Shown: positions 1-9,315 of the stretch, one piece after another
How positions within the stretch are numbered: position 1 is the first letter of the stretch
Layout of the letters: each line of letters starts with the position of its first letter
Assembly (NCBI GenBank): GCA_041583775.1
Contig: JBFHFF010000001.1
Span: 94,676-158,675 of the forward strand
DNA from: Candidatus Moraniibacteriota bacterium
GTDB taxonomy: Bacteria > Patescibacteriota > Minisyncoccia > Moranbacterales > DUUL01
Direction: 5' to 3'
Length of the DNA: 64,000 nt
Translations under genes and position numbers: made by a program
The notes under the pieces: model-generated
Database searches by the model: none
Told to the model about the DNA's origin: nothing
Seen by the model: the letters and a program-made list of their open reading frames with translations, nothing else

Positions 1-12
1 GAAATCTCAACA

Positions 13-1410
13 CTATTTTTCAAAAACAAGTTTGGCATCTTTTTTCAAAACAAGTTCTTGGTCAAATTCACCATCCATAGTTTTTACATGCACTTTTACC
101 GGAATATCTCCTACTCCTGATTGCTTTTGGATATAAAGTTTATAATCATCTTTTACAAAATCTGGCAACTCATAGGTAATAACGGCTTTCGTTTGTCGAT
201 TGATTAGAGTGTGTGCAATAAAACCAAAATAAGTTTTTCCAAACTCTTCTTGGATATTTGGATAACTAACCATCTTTCTGTCAACCAAATTTGAGCCCTT
301 TGGTACATACATTCTTAAATATGAATGATAATCACTTGTTCTCCAGTCACCATAAGTAGCTGTGTGAGTATAGGTATATTCCAATGTTGCAGTTGGTTTC
401 TCAAGTGTTAAATCTACATTATAGCTAATGTCTCTTTTCATGAAATAATCCGATTTCAACGCACCAAGATTTGCGTCAACCAGCATCAAATAGTCTCCAT
501 CCCATGTTGTATCAACAATACCTCCCCATTCAACATCTTCAATCATTTTCTGAACTTCAGCGTCCTCAAAGCTAATCATAATGTCTTTGTTTTGCAATTC
601 TGCCAAAGCAAGGTCAGCTGTCTTTTTTAAATTTTCAGGACTAAGCAGTTTTTGAGCCACCGCTGGTGCTAATTTCTTCATTACAGCTTTTCTGTTTTGT
701 GTATCAAGAGTTTCATCCAAAAGATATCTCTTCTCCACATATTCCTCCAACTTCAACACCGCATCCTCACTTCGATATGTTCCATATCCCCCCAAATCTA
801 TTGGCCCTGTAATCTCCAAAGCCCTGTTAAGCACTGAGGAATTCACAGCAATTACTCCATCGAAATTACTATTCCCTCCCGACAAACGATAAAAATATTT
901 TGCCTTTTCTACATTGGTTGGAAAATCCGCAGAAAAATTAGAGTCTCTAAATTTCCATTTCTTGATTTGCATCATTTTTGTAAATGGATATGGCGGAGTT
1001 ATTTTTGCTGTGATTCTCTGATCAAGTAAGTTTGCATCTTCAATAAATAAATCTGTCATCTCGCCATTTTTAACCTTAACAACAGCATATTGCCCCAAGA
1101 ACCCTCCGCCTGGACGAAGTTCCATATTATTTTGCAACATCAACATATACCTTCGTTCAACATTGTCTTTTTTTAACATATATTCAACCAGTTTATCAAC
1201 TGTTTCTATTTCTTTTTTAGTGTCCTGTTCCACTGGAAGGAATTTAACAATTTTCTCAAAAGTTGAAATGGTATTGACAATCAAAGATGTTTTGTCAATG
1301 TCTCCAGACTTCCAACGATGAGCGAAAATACCAGCACTAATAATAAAACCAACTAAAATAAGTATAATTATAATCGTAACTACTTTAAACCCCCTTTTCT
1401 TTTTAAGCAT
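13..1410 (-). CDS. DUF4012-domain membrane-anchored protein
   Basis: N-terminal TM helix; LMLQNNMELRPGGGFLG, RDSNFSADFPT and VDANLGALKSD motifs typical of DUF4012. Confidence 0.8.
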   Translation of the reverse strand: MLKKKRGFKVVTIIIILILVGFIISAGIFAHRWKSGDIDKTSLIVNTISTFEKIVKFLPVEQDTKKEIETVDKLVEYMLKKDNVERRYMLMLQNNMELRPGGGFLGQYAVVKVKNGEMTDLFIEDANLLDQRITAKITPPYPFTKMMQIKKWKFRDSNFSADFPTNVEKAKYFYRLSGGNSNFDGVIAVNSSVLNRALEITGPIDLGGYGTYRSEDAVLKLEEYVEKRYLLDETLDTQNRKAVMKKLAPAVAQKLLSPENLKKTADLALAELQNKDIMISFEDAEVQKMIEDVEWGGIVDTTWDGDYLMLVDANLGALKSDYFMKRDISYNVDLTLEKPTATLEYTYTHTATYGDWRTSDYHSYLRMYVPKGSNLVDRKMVSYPNIQEEFGKTYFGFIAHTLINRQTKAVITYELPDFVKDDYKLYIQKQSGVGDIPVKVHVKTMDGEFDQELVLKKDAKLVFEK

Positions 1411-1504
1411 TTTTTTAATTCCAAAATTTATATTTATTTACCAGAGCAATGTAGCAATATTAACAAAACTAATTAAATGTTGCAATGATCAAATTCTCGT
1501 TAAA

Positions 1505-1996
1505 TCAGCGCCTTAGATTTAAAATATAAATAACTGCAACTGGAGCAATCATCCAAGCTAACTGAGCCTCGTCTGAACGAAAAAGATTTAAAGCAAAGAC
1601 TGAAAAGGTTTCATTCAAAACACTCTTCGAATACCAGTGCATAACAATACTAGCAACAAAACCAACTGTTGTAACAGAAACAATTATTGTCTTTATCCAT
1701 TCGGAAATCAAACTACTTCCAACAGTAACTTCTCCAAAAAATTTCTTGAAAATAAAAAACAATATAACGGAAGCTAAAAGTAAAAAAACTAATCTAATTG
1801 TTGGCTCTCCCATCCAATCGAAAAACATCTTTGTTTGTATTGCATAAGCTCCATAAACAGCTGCAATTAAAGCTCCTAAATTTTGTTTTTTAACCAAAAG
1901 AACCAACAACACGCTAGCCCCTAAGAAAAGAAAGGTCACCCAAACATCACCAGCAAATTGTTTTGGCACCCCAAAACCAATCAATAAATCAAGCAT
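1505..1996 (-). CDS. hypothetical integral membrane protein
   Basis: 163-aa ORF with about 5 hydrophobic helices, tightly packed and co-oriented with its neighbours. Confidence 0.7.
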   Translation of the reverse strand: MLDLLIGFGVPKQFAGDVWVTFLFLGASVLLVLLVKKQNLGALIAAVYGAYAIQTKMFFDWMGEPTIRLVFLLLASVILFFIFKKFFGEVTVGSSLISEWIKTIIVSVTTVGFVASIVMHWYSKSVLNETFSVFALNLFRSDEAQLAWMIAPVAVIYILNLRR

Positions 1997-2000
1997 TTTT

Positions 2001-3050
2001 TTATTTTATTTTAAACTCACTAATCTTTTCTTGTTTGTTATTATAACCAAAAAGTGTCATTTCTTTTTCATCAAAATCAATTTTCAAAAATGAAACACCT
2101 TTTTCATTCACAGACATATTTCCAAAATCTCCAACGGAAAAATATGAAACACCTCCTTCTTTTTGATTAGAAAAATTCCCTTGATCGCCAGAAACAACCA
2201 AATCAACATTGTACTTTATAAATAAATCTTTCACCTTATTTTTAACTTCAACAAAACATTCACCTTTACATTTTTTTTTGCTTTCAAAATCATTTATTGA
2301 AGTATATGAAACTACAATTGTATTTTCTTTTTTATTATTTAATAATTCATTATCAAGCCAACTCAAATTATTTTCCCAATCATCACCAAAAAACTTGGGA
2401 CCTAAGAGCAAAATTTTTGCACTTTCATACTCAAAAGAATGAAAGAAAAGTAACTCACCTTTTTTTATTTCCGTTTTCTTACCAAAAAAAATCTCATTCC
2501 AACTTTCTATACACTTTTCACCACAAGCAATATCAGGATTTCCAAAAGTGATACTAAATTCATTTTCAAAGTTCGAAGAAAGTAAATCTTTTATTCTCAA
2601 AATTCTCTCAGAAATAATTTCAGTTTTCCCATCTTCAAAATCAATAAGCCCTCCCGCAAAAATTACTGGGCCAAAATCTAATTTGGCTATATCTGCTAAC
2701 CTACTTTCTATAACATCGTCTTCGTTTTTCACTTCAACATCCAACGCACCCCCGATAAAAACCAGGGATTCTTTTTTAGAAATACTATCTTCGACATTAG
2801 AGATTTTCGTGATCGATTCCTCTTTATTTAATTCCTTCTCAGCCGCTTCTGCATTATCAATTATTTTCAAATTTATCTTCCCAGAAAAATTTTGCTTATA
2901 AGCAAATACATTTTCATCATTGATACCATCTTTTATTCGGCTAAATTTCTGATTATCTTGGCTTGTACAATAAAATATTCCACCAACAAAAAAAACTGAC
3001 AAAATAATCACTCCCAAAAATATCACATTCAATTTTTGAATTAATTTCAT
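2001..3050 (-). CDS. membrane-anchored calcineurin-like metallophosphoesterase-fold protein with degenerate metal ligands
   Basis: N-terminal TM; motif order VIFAGGLID, ITFGNPD, VDLVVSGDQG mirrors the GD, GNHD and GHxH motifs; ATG at 3050 (alternative GTG at 3071). Confidence 0.6.
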   Translation of the reverse strand: MKLIQKLNVIFLGVIILSVFFVGGIFYCTSQDNQKFSRIKDGINDENVFAYKQNFSGKINLKIIDNAEAAEKELNKEESITKISNVEDSISKKESLVFIGGALDVEVKNEDDVIESRLADIAKLDFGPVIFAGGLIDFEDGKTEIISERILRIKDLLSSNFENEFSITFGNPDIACGEKCIESWNEIFFGKKTEIKKGELLFFHSFEYESAKILLLGPKFFGDDWENNLSWLDNELLNNKKENTIVVSYTSINDFESKKKCKGECFVEVKNKVKDLFIKYNVDLVVSGDQGNFSNQKEGGVSYFSVGDFGNMSVNEKGVSFLKIDFDEKEMTLFGYNNKQEKISEFKIK

Positions 3051-3170
3051 TTTTATTTTTTTAGAAAACACAAATGTGATTATATTATACAGCGTAACCA
3101 GTAAATTTAAAAGTCCCTAAAGGTTTCATTGGCAACAAAATAAATACCTTTTATTTTGAGATAAACTCAA

Positions 3171-3199
3171 TTGAATTTATCCTTTTTTTACTATATACT
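3171..3199 (+). promoter_or_regulatory. sigma70-type promoter for lgt-tsaD
   Basis: TTGAAT-17 nt-TATACT ending 25 nt before the lgt ATG. Confidence 0.55.
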
Positions 3200-3224
3200 T
3201 TAAAATATTTCGTAAACAAAATAA

Positions 3225-4079
3225 ATGTTTTCTTTTTGGCATACCCTTCCACAAAAAATCAATCCCGTAGCCTTCGAAATTGCAAATTTTAGTATTCTTT
3301 GGTATTCAATTTCTTATCTTTTTGCTTTTTTTACGGTCTACTTTTTCATTAAAATCAAAATAAAAAACAATAATCCCCTTGCTACAAAAATTTTCCGAAG
3401 CGAAAAACCTTTTGAAGTTTTTGAGACTCTCTTTTTTTATTCAATAGTTGGTTTAATCCTGGGAGCTAAGATTGGGTTTATTTTTTTCTATGATTTTTCT
3501 AATTTTATCTCCAATCCCTTGCAATCATTAAGTCCTTTTTACAACAACTCTTTTGTGGGCTTTTCCGGGCTATCTTTTCATGGCGCGGTTGTGGGAATTA
3601 TACTTGCGAGTTTTTGGTTTTGCAAAAAACATTCCTTGAACTTCTTACATATTGCAAATTTCACTATAATATCAATTCCTTTGGGTTATTTTTGGGGAAG
3701 AATTGGAAATTTTTTAAATGGTGAGCTATATGGCAGGATTACAGAAAGTCCAATTGGAATGTGTTTTCCAAGAGCTGGCGATTGCTTACTTGGGAAAAGA
3801 CATCCATCACAATTATATGAAGCTTTAGGAGAAGGATTTTTCCTATTTCTTATTCTTTTTTTACTCAATAAAACAAAGGCTGGTGCGAAAATGCTATTCC
3901 CTTCTTGGTTAATTTTCTATGGAATTATTAGATTTATAATTGAATTTTTCAGAGAACCAGATTTACAAATAGGATTTATTGCATTAGGCTTGACAATGGG
4001 TCAATTATTATGCTTTTGTATGATAATAATGGGTGTTGTTATTTTATTATTTAATTTCAGTCATCATTTTAAAAAATAA
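3225..4079 (+). CDS. lgt: prolipoprotein diacylglyceryl transferase
   Basis: WY motif, GLSFHG, GRIGNFLNGELYGR, RHPSQLYEA, RFIIEFFREPD. Confidence 0.97.
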   Translation: MFSFWHTLPQKINPVAFEIANFSILWYSISYLFAFFTVYFFIKIKIKNNNPLATKIFRSEKPFEVFETLFFYSIVGLILGAKIGFIFFYDFSNFISNPLQSLSPFYNNSFVGFSGLSFHGAVVGIILASFWFCKKHSLNFLHIANFTIISIPLGYFWGRIGNFLNGELYGRITESPIGMCFPRAGDCLLGKRHPSQLYEALGEGFFLFLILFLLNKTKAGAKMLFPSWLIFYGIIRFIIEFFREPDLQIGFIALGLTMGQLLCFCMIIMGVVILLFNFSHHFKK

Positions 4080-4098
4080 ACTTCATAATTTCTTTATA

Positions 4099-5220
4099 AT
4101 GAAAATTCTAGCCATCGAAACCTCCTGTGATGAAACTGCCGCTGCAATTTTAGATTGCAACGAAAACAATAATCAAATTAAACTGATTTCAAATATTGTT
4201 TCCTCTCAAATTAAACTTCACGCTAAATGGGGAGGCGTAGTTCCTAATCTTGCCGCCCGAGAACACCTAAAAAACATTGTACCTGTAATAGAGGAGGCTC
4301 TTGAAAAAAGTGGCTACTCATTAGATATTATCGACCTAATTGCTGTTACAAAAGGTCCTGGTCTAATCCCAGCTCTACTCATAGGAACAAATGCTGCAAA
4401 AGCCTTGTCTTATTCTAAATCCATTCCGCTCCTTGGAATTCATCACATAGAAGGACATCTCTACGCTCACACAATTGGTGACGATCCAAATAATATCAAC
4501 TTCCCCTTATTAGCGCTAACAGTTTCTGGTGGCCACACACAAATTATCTTAATGAAAGATCATTTAAAATACGAAGTAATTGGGCAAACACAAGATGACG
4601 CCGCGGGCGAAGCTTTCGATAAGGTTGCAAAAATGCTCGAACTTGGATATCCGGGAGGCCCTATCGTCTCAGAATATGCAAGTAAATTTGAGGAAACGAA
4701 AAAAAAGATTGCCGACAAAAATCTATTAAAAGAACTTGAATCAATTATCTTTCCACGACCAATGCTTAATAGTGGTGATTTCAATTTTTCTTTTTCCGGA
4801 CTAAAAACATCTGTTTCATATTTTTTCCAAAAGATTCAAAAAATGAATCTTGACGACAAAACTTTGAAATTATACAAGATGGCAATCTGCAAATCTTTTC
4901 AAGATGCTACCGTTGATGTTTTGACGAAAAAAATGAGCAAAGCCACTAAAGAGCTATCACCAAAAACAGTTATTTTAGCTGGCGGTGTTTCAGCAAATCT
5001 ATTTTTGCAAGAAACTCTCGAAAAAGAAATATCAAAAAATTTCCCCGAGGTTAAATTTTTAAAACCAGCATTAGAATTTTGTGGCGACAATGCTGCAATG
5101 ATTGGCGCTGCTGCTTTTATAAGATATCAGAAATTAAAAGATCTCGGACAACTAGATAGACTCAAAACTGAATGGGAAAATTTAGAAGCAGATTCGAATT
5201 TTAAGCTTGAAAGTGTCTAA
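4099..5220 (+). CDS. tsaD: tRNA N6-adenosine threonylcarbamoyltransferase
   Basis: ILAIETSCDET, HIEGH, VSGGHT, DDAAGEAFDK, FSFSGLKT, DNAAMI; start placed at ATG 4099. Confidence 0.97.
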   Translation: MKILAIETSCDETAAAILDCNENNNQIKLISNIVSSQIKLHAKWGGVVPNLAAREHLKNIVPVIEEALEKSGYSLDIIDLIAVTKGPGLIPALLIGTNAAKALSYSKSIPLLGIHHIEGHLYAHTIGDDPNNINFPLLALTVSGGHTQIILMKDHLKYEVIGQTQDDAAGEAFDKVAKMLELGYPGGPIVSEYASKFEETKKKIADKNLLKELESIIFPRPMLNSGDFNFSFSGLKTSVSYFFQKIQKMNLDDKTLKLYKMAICKSFQDATVDVLTKKMSKATKELSPKTVILAGGVSANLFLQETLEKEISKNFPEVKFLKPALEFCGDNAAMIGAAAFIRYQKLKDLGQLDRLKTEWENLEADSNFKLESV

Positions 5221-5303
5221 TTTGTGTTTAATATTATTACATTGAGATTTATTTTTACAAAATAGCAACTTCCAGCATTTTAAAAATCAAGGGAGGAAAT
5301 CCG

Positions 5304-5774
5304 ATGTTAAAAAACCTGAACATTCCGAGTCTAGAAAAAGTTTTTCCCATAATCGGAAAGGTATTGTACGCAGTAGCTCTATTATTAGCATTTGCGTTTC
5401 TTTTGTTTAGTGCTAACCAAAAAAATAACCACAGAAAAGTTGGACTCAGTCATTCAATGGCACTCGAAGATTTCATCATAAACATAAATGAGGAAAAGAG
5501 TTTAACGGAAGAGTGACATCTCGCAAGAATGCTTTTATTAAAGAATGCACTTCAAAGCTTTGATAATAAAGCTCTCGTGGATGATGGCTTTGTTTTATCC
5601 TGAGATATTCTCTTGGTGTCAGATTCTCCTGAAAATTACCGCATGAAAATATTACTAAATAATTTTACATATGAAATTACTGCGGATGTCAGAAACAGAT
5701 ATCTCAATGCCTTGAGGGAGTTTTACAAGGTATGTGATTTAGAAATTTCTTGGGTAGCTGGCATTGCTGGCTAA
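5304..5774 (+). pseudogene. TM-anchored ORF of 156 codons with two in-frame TGA codons (pseudogene or recoded gene)
   Basis: GGGAGG SD before ATG 5304; the frame continues through TGA 5514 and TGA 5601 to TAA 5772-5774, followed by a hairpin. Confidence 0.55.
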
Positions 5775-5800
5775 CCCTACTCTGAACCATAAACTGTGGA

Positions 5801-5880
5801 AATAAGCCGAGTTCGAAAATTTTCAAACTCGACTTATTCATTTCAAAAATAAAACAGGTCTTGCACCTGCTTTATTTTTT
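5801..5880. terminator. two tandem hairpins between convergent genes
   Basis: AATAAGcCGAGTTcGAAAA/TTTTCaAACTCGaCTTATT (5801-5838) and AAAAATAAAaCAGGT..ACCTGcTTTATTTTT (5845-5880). Confidence 0.6.
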
Positions 5881-5882
5881 AT

Positions 5883-8369
5883 TTATTTTGATAACTGTCT
5901 TAAATCTTTCAAACCAGCTCTTTTCCTAATTTCAGCTTCCACGATTTCTCTGTCTCTTCCATATTTATACCTTGACAACTCCTTAAGGGCATTTCGCATT
6001 TCGATACTACCTTTTGTTGGAGGATATGTTTTCATATCAAATGATGCTGAAGTTTTATTGTTCATTAGGAGCTTTGCAAAGCACTGATAGTTTGCCACAT
6101 TAATCAAGTCACTAGCATCAAACTCTGGGGCAAATTGCTTTTCAAGAAATTCTGCATCCTCTGAACCAACTCGAAATGCGCAAATAGAACCAACATTACC
6201 AAAAACGGCCTTGGAGATGTTTTCTGAAAGTTGTCCAATAAATTGATGTGCAACTATAAGTGCAAGTCTATACTTTCTTGCTTCTGCCAAAATCTGAGAA
6301 ATTGAATCAGTCGTGAAATTGTGAAACTCGTCTATATATAAATAAAAATCCTTTCTTTCATCTTCTTCCATATCAACACGAGAAAGTGCTGCCATTAACA
6401 ATTTACCAACAATAATCATTCCCAATAAATGACTGTTAATCTCTCCAATTTTCCCCTTGGAAAGGTTTACTAAGAGAATTTTTTGCTTATCCATAATATC
6501 CCTGAAATCAAAAGTACTCTTTTGTTGAGAAATTATAGGACGCATAATATCATTTGAAATAAATGTTGTAAGTTTTGATGTAATATATGGGGCAATGTTT
6601 TCCAAAGCAGCGTCTCCGCCTGCTTTTTCGGCCTCTTTTTCCCAAAAATCAACGACTGTTGCATCCTGACAACGCTTTAGTTTTTCTTTTCTAAATTCAA
6701 GATCACGAAAAACTCTCGGGACTTCCATTAATGTTGAACCAATATCTGGACTATCCATAACCAACAACATAGCATTACGCATATATTGCTCAAACATTGG
6801 ACCACCAGTTGATTTCAAATCATACAACTTGTCAAAAATAGCTAAGGTTTCATTTATAACAAATGTTTTTTGTTCTGGACGCTTCGGATCATATTCCATA
6901 ATATTCAAAGAAAATGGCCTTTCCATATCAGATGGATCAAAATAAATCACATCATCTGCTCTTTCTTTTGGAATATTTTCCAAGATATGATCAATCAAAT
7001 CGCCATGTGGATCAATAATGCACATTCCAGATTTCTTAGCATCCTGTTTTGCCATTTCTTCTATGAATGTTGATTTACCTGTTCCGGTTTGTCCTATGAT
7101 ATAAAGATGCCTTCTACGGTCATCCTCTGATAATCTCATTTCCGTTTTAGATCCTCTAAAGTCACTATATCCAACAGCGAGACCTTCTTTTGGTATATCT
7201 GCTGGAGGAGGAGCAATTTTAGATTTGAGCCAATTTATCTTTGGGGTTTCTGTGGTAGAAATTGGAAAATGAAAAATACTTGCCAATTCTTCAGTATCCA
7301 GTACCATCTTGTACCTGTCTGAAAAATTTCTAAAAATATAATCATAGGCGATTTTATGCGCATTTTTCGCCTTATTCCTAATTGCAATAAATTTATTCAA
7401 ACTTTCATCCTCAAACTGAACAAAGGCGTTTTCTATTGATGCCAAAATCATTTCGGCCCTCTCTTTTGTTGCAGCTGATGCAACTAATCGCACATTAGTT
7501 TCAAAATGCGCTTTTTTAACCTTAGATTCAAGCCTCGATATCACCTCTTGCTCTTCTGGTGTCAAGGAAATTGGTGTTTTTTCAGCAGCTTGTTCTTTTA
7601 CTGTCTTGCCCATAAGAACACCTGAAATATCTGAACCAAGATTCTTTGCAACAAGCCCCGTCTTTGACATTGAAGCTTCACCTAATCGTTGTCCTTGCTG
7701 CATTTGTTGAGCAGTCCTTATGCCTCTCTCTTTCCACTTCCTACTACTACGACGCAAAATAATTTGAATTGCCGCTCCTTCTTGCTCGTCTTCAAGTTTT
7801 GATAATGCATTTGCAATATTTTGCAAAGGATCTGATTCAAGATGTCTATATGTTCTTATCGGAAAAGAATCTTCCTTCTTAAGCTGTAAGCGACTTGCAA
7901 CAGTAACCCCATCTGGTCTAAATATTGTATATTCTGAAGCACTTTCAATGTGGGCAGCTGGATAGAAACTATGTATTTGTTTTTCAATAACCTCCTTAAA
8001 ACGAGCTGGCATAGCTACATAAAACACAATATTCTCACTATCAGAAGAGACTGCAATTTCAAGTGCAATATGCGGTTCTCCAAAAATAATTCTATGAAAA
8101 AAATCTCTATGTTGCGGTAAATCAGAAAGAGATGATAATAATTGTTCCATCTTGGAAATCTCTTCTTTTTCTCCAGCTCCTCTTGTTTCTGGGGATTGCC
8201 CATTTTGAGACTTTGGCTTTACCACCTTAATAACATCCAGTGTTTGGTTTAGGGATTGAGTTAAATCAGCCCTAAACCTAAGATATCTCCGCAGTAAAAG
8301 CCATCCACCAGAAATAAGCATCAACATTCCAGTGAAAAGCGAAAGCCCAAAAAACAAACTTTGCATCAT
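5883..8369 (-). CDS. membrane-anchored TraD/VirD4/VirB4-HerA superfamily ATPase (CPR type IV secretion-like)
   Basis: N-terminal TM; RRRHLYIIGQTGTGKST (Walker A), IIDPHGDL, LYIDEFH (Walker B), EARKYRL, AHQFIGQL. Confidence 0.88.
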   Translation of the reverse strand: MMQSLFFGLSLFTGMLMLISGGWLLLRRYLRFRADLTQSLNQTLDVIKVVKPKSQNGQSPETRGAGEKEEISKMEQLLSSLSDLPQHRDFFHRIIFGEPHIALEIAVSSDSENIVFYVAMPARFKEVIEKQIHSFYPAAHIESASEYTIFRPDGVTVASRLQLKKEDSFPIRTYRHLESDPLQNIANALSKLEDEQEGAAIQIILRRSSRKWKERGIRTAQQMQQGQRLGEASMSKTGLVAKNLGSDISGVLMGKTVKEQAAEKTPISLTPEEQEVISRLESKVKKAHFETNVRLVASAATKERAEMILASIENAFVQFEDESLNKFIAIRNKAKNAHKIAYDYIFRNFSDRYKMVLDTEELASIFHFPISTTETPKINWLKSKIAPPPADIPKEGLAVGYSDFRGSKTEMRLSEDDRRRHLYIIGQTGTGKSTFIEEMAKQDAKKSGMCIIDPHGDLIDHILENIPKERADDVIYFDPSDMERPFSLNIMEYDPKRPEQKTFVINETLAIFDKLYDLKSTGGPMFEQYMRNAMLLVMDSPDIGSTLMEVPRVFRDLEFRKEKLKRCQDATVVDFWEKEAEKAGGDAALENIAPYITSKLTTFISNDIMRPIISQQKSTFDFRDIMDKQKILLVNLSKGKIGEINSHLLGMIIVGKLLMAALSRVDMEEDERKDFYLYIDEFHNFTTDSISQILAEARKYRLALIVAHQFIGQLSENISKAVFGNVGSICAFRVGSEDAEFLEKQFAPEFDASDLINVANYQCFAKLLMNNKTSASFDMKTYPPTKGSIEMRNALKELSRYKYGRDREIVEAEIRKRAGLKDLRQLSK

Positions 8370-8395
8370 TTTTATTTTAAAAATTTATTTCTTTT

Positions 8396-8893
8396 TTATT
8401 TTATATCCTCCAATAAACCTTTTTTAATAAGAGCTTCCCTTGCCTGATCTACTGTTAAATTGTCGTGTACCTTGTCTAAGATATAATTATTGTTAATATG
8501 TTGTGCAACCTTTATTGCAAAATAAGGGTTTTTTTTGGAAGCTATTTCAACAATTTTAGCTATTTGATCGTCTGGATTTTGTAAAGAAGTTACATCCTTA
8601 GCATGGAATTTTACATGCTTTTCCTCATCTTCTTTTGTTTTTTGATTATCACTTTGTTGTGTTGTTTTGGCTGGAGATGGTGTATTTCCTATTTTTTCTT
8701 GAGCTTGCTCAATCGCAACTTCACTTTTGTGAACCATCTCTCGATTCCTTTCAATTAAATTTTCCAGTTTATTTTTTCCACTTCCCTGTTCTTTCTTAGC
8801 ATTTTCAGCATTTTCAGCATTTTTTAATTTTTCCACAAAGCTTTGGGCGCTATCTTCAACCTCTTGATTAATATCTAATTCCTGTTCTGGCAT
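8396..8893 (-). CDS. hypothetical protein
   Basis: 165-aa ORF, charged N-terminus and helical C-terminus, co-oriented with 26-39 nt gaps. Confidence 0.75.
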   Translation of the reverse strand: MPEQELDINQEVEDSAQSFVEKLKNAENAENAKKEQGSGKNKLENLIERNREMVHKSEVAIEQAQEKIGNTPSPAKTTQQSDNQKTKEDEEKHVKFHAKDVTSLQNPDDQIAKIVEIASKKNPYFAIKVAQHINNNYILDKVHDNLTVDQAREALIKKGLLEDIK

Positions 8894-8932
8894 TTTTTTA
8901 CCTTATTAAATTATAAATCCTTTCTAAAAAAT

Positions 8933-9304
8933 TTATTCCTCACCAAATGATTCTGTCACATTTTCCACCTCTGACTCATTTCCTATAGCGTTATTCATAA
9001 ATTCATGCATCTCTTTTTTATATTTACCTATTTCGTCCAAAATAAGACTCTCCACATTAGGAAGATTTTCCTTCAAAAATAAATCAACCTCTTCCCCGCT
9101 TTCACTAGCAGAATTTATTACGCTGGCAAAATCTTCTTTTTTATTTTCAGGGAGTTCGGAAACTATTCTTAAAACTATTCTTTGTTGAATAATCTCTCCC
9201 ATTTGTATTAAAGTTTCCTCTCGTTGCTCTTTTGGCAGACTATCGATACCAAGTTCTTTTATTAAATCAACTTGAGCGGTTTTGATGTTTTCTTTTAAAG
9301 ACAT
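8933..9304 (-). CDS. DUF5663-like CPR protein
   Basis: DLIKELGIDSLPKEQREETL...QQRIVLRI...FLKENLPNVESLILDE resembles the DUF5663 pattern. Confidence 0.65.
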   Translation of the reverse strand: MSLKENIKTAQVDLIKELGIDSLPKEQREETLIQMGEIIQQRIVLRIVSELPENKKEDFASVINSASESGEEVDLFLKENLPNVESLILDEIGKYKKEMHEFMNNAIGNESEVENVTESFGEE

Positions 9305-9315
9305 TTATTTTTTAA

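Noticed and set aside
5883-8369. Conjugative element or ICE
   Set aside because: No relaxase, integrase, att repeats or other tra genes; the flanks are housekeeping and envelope genes
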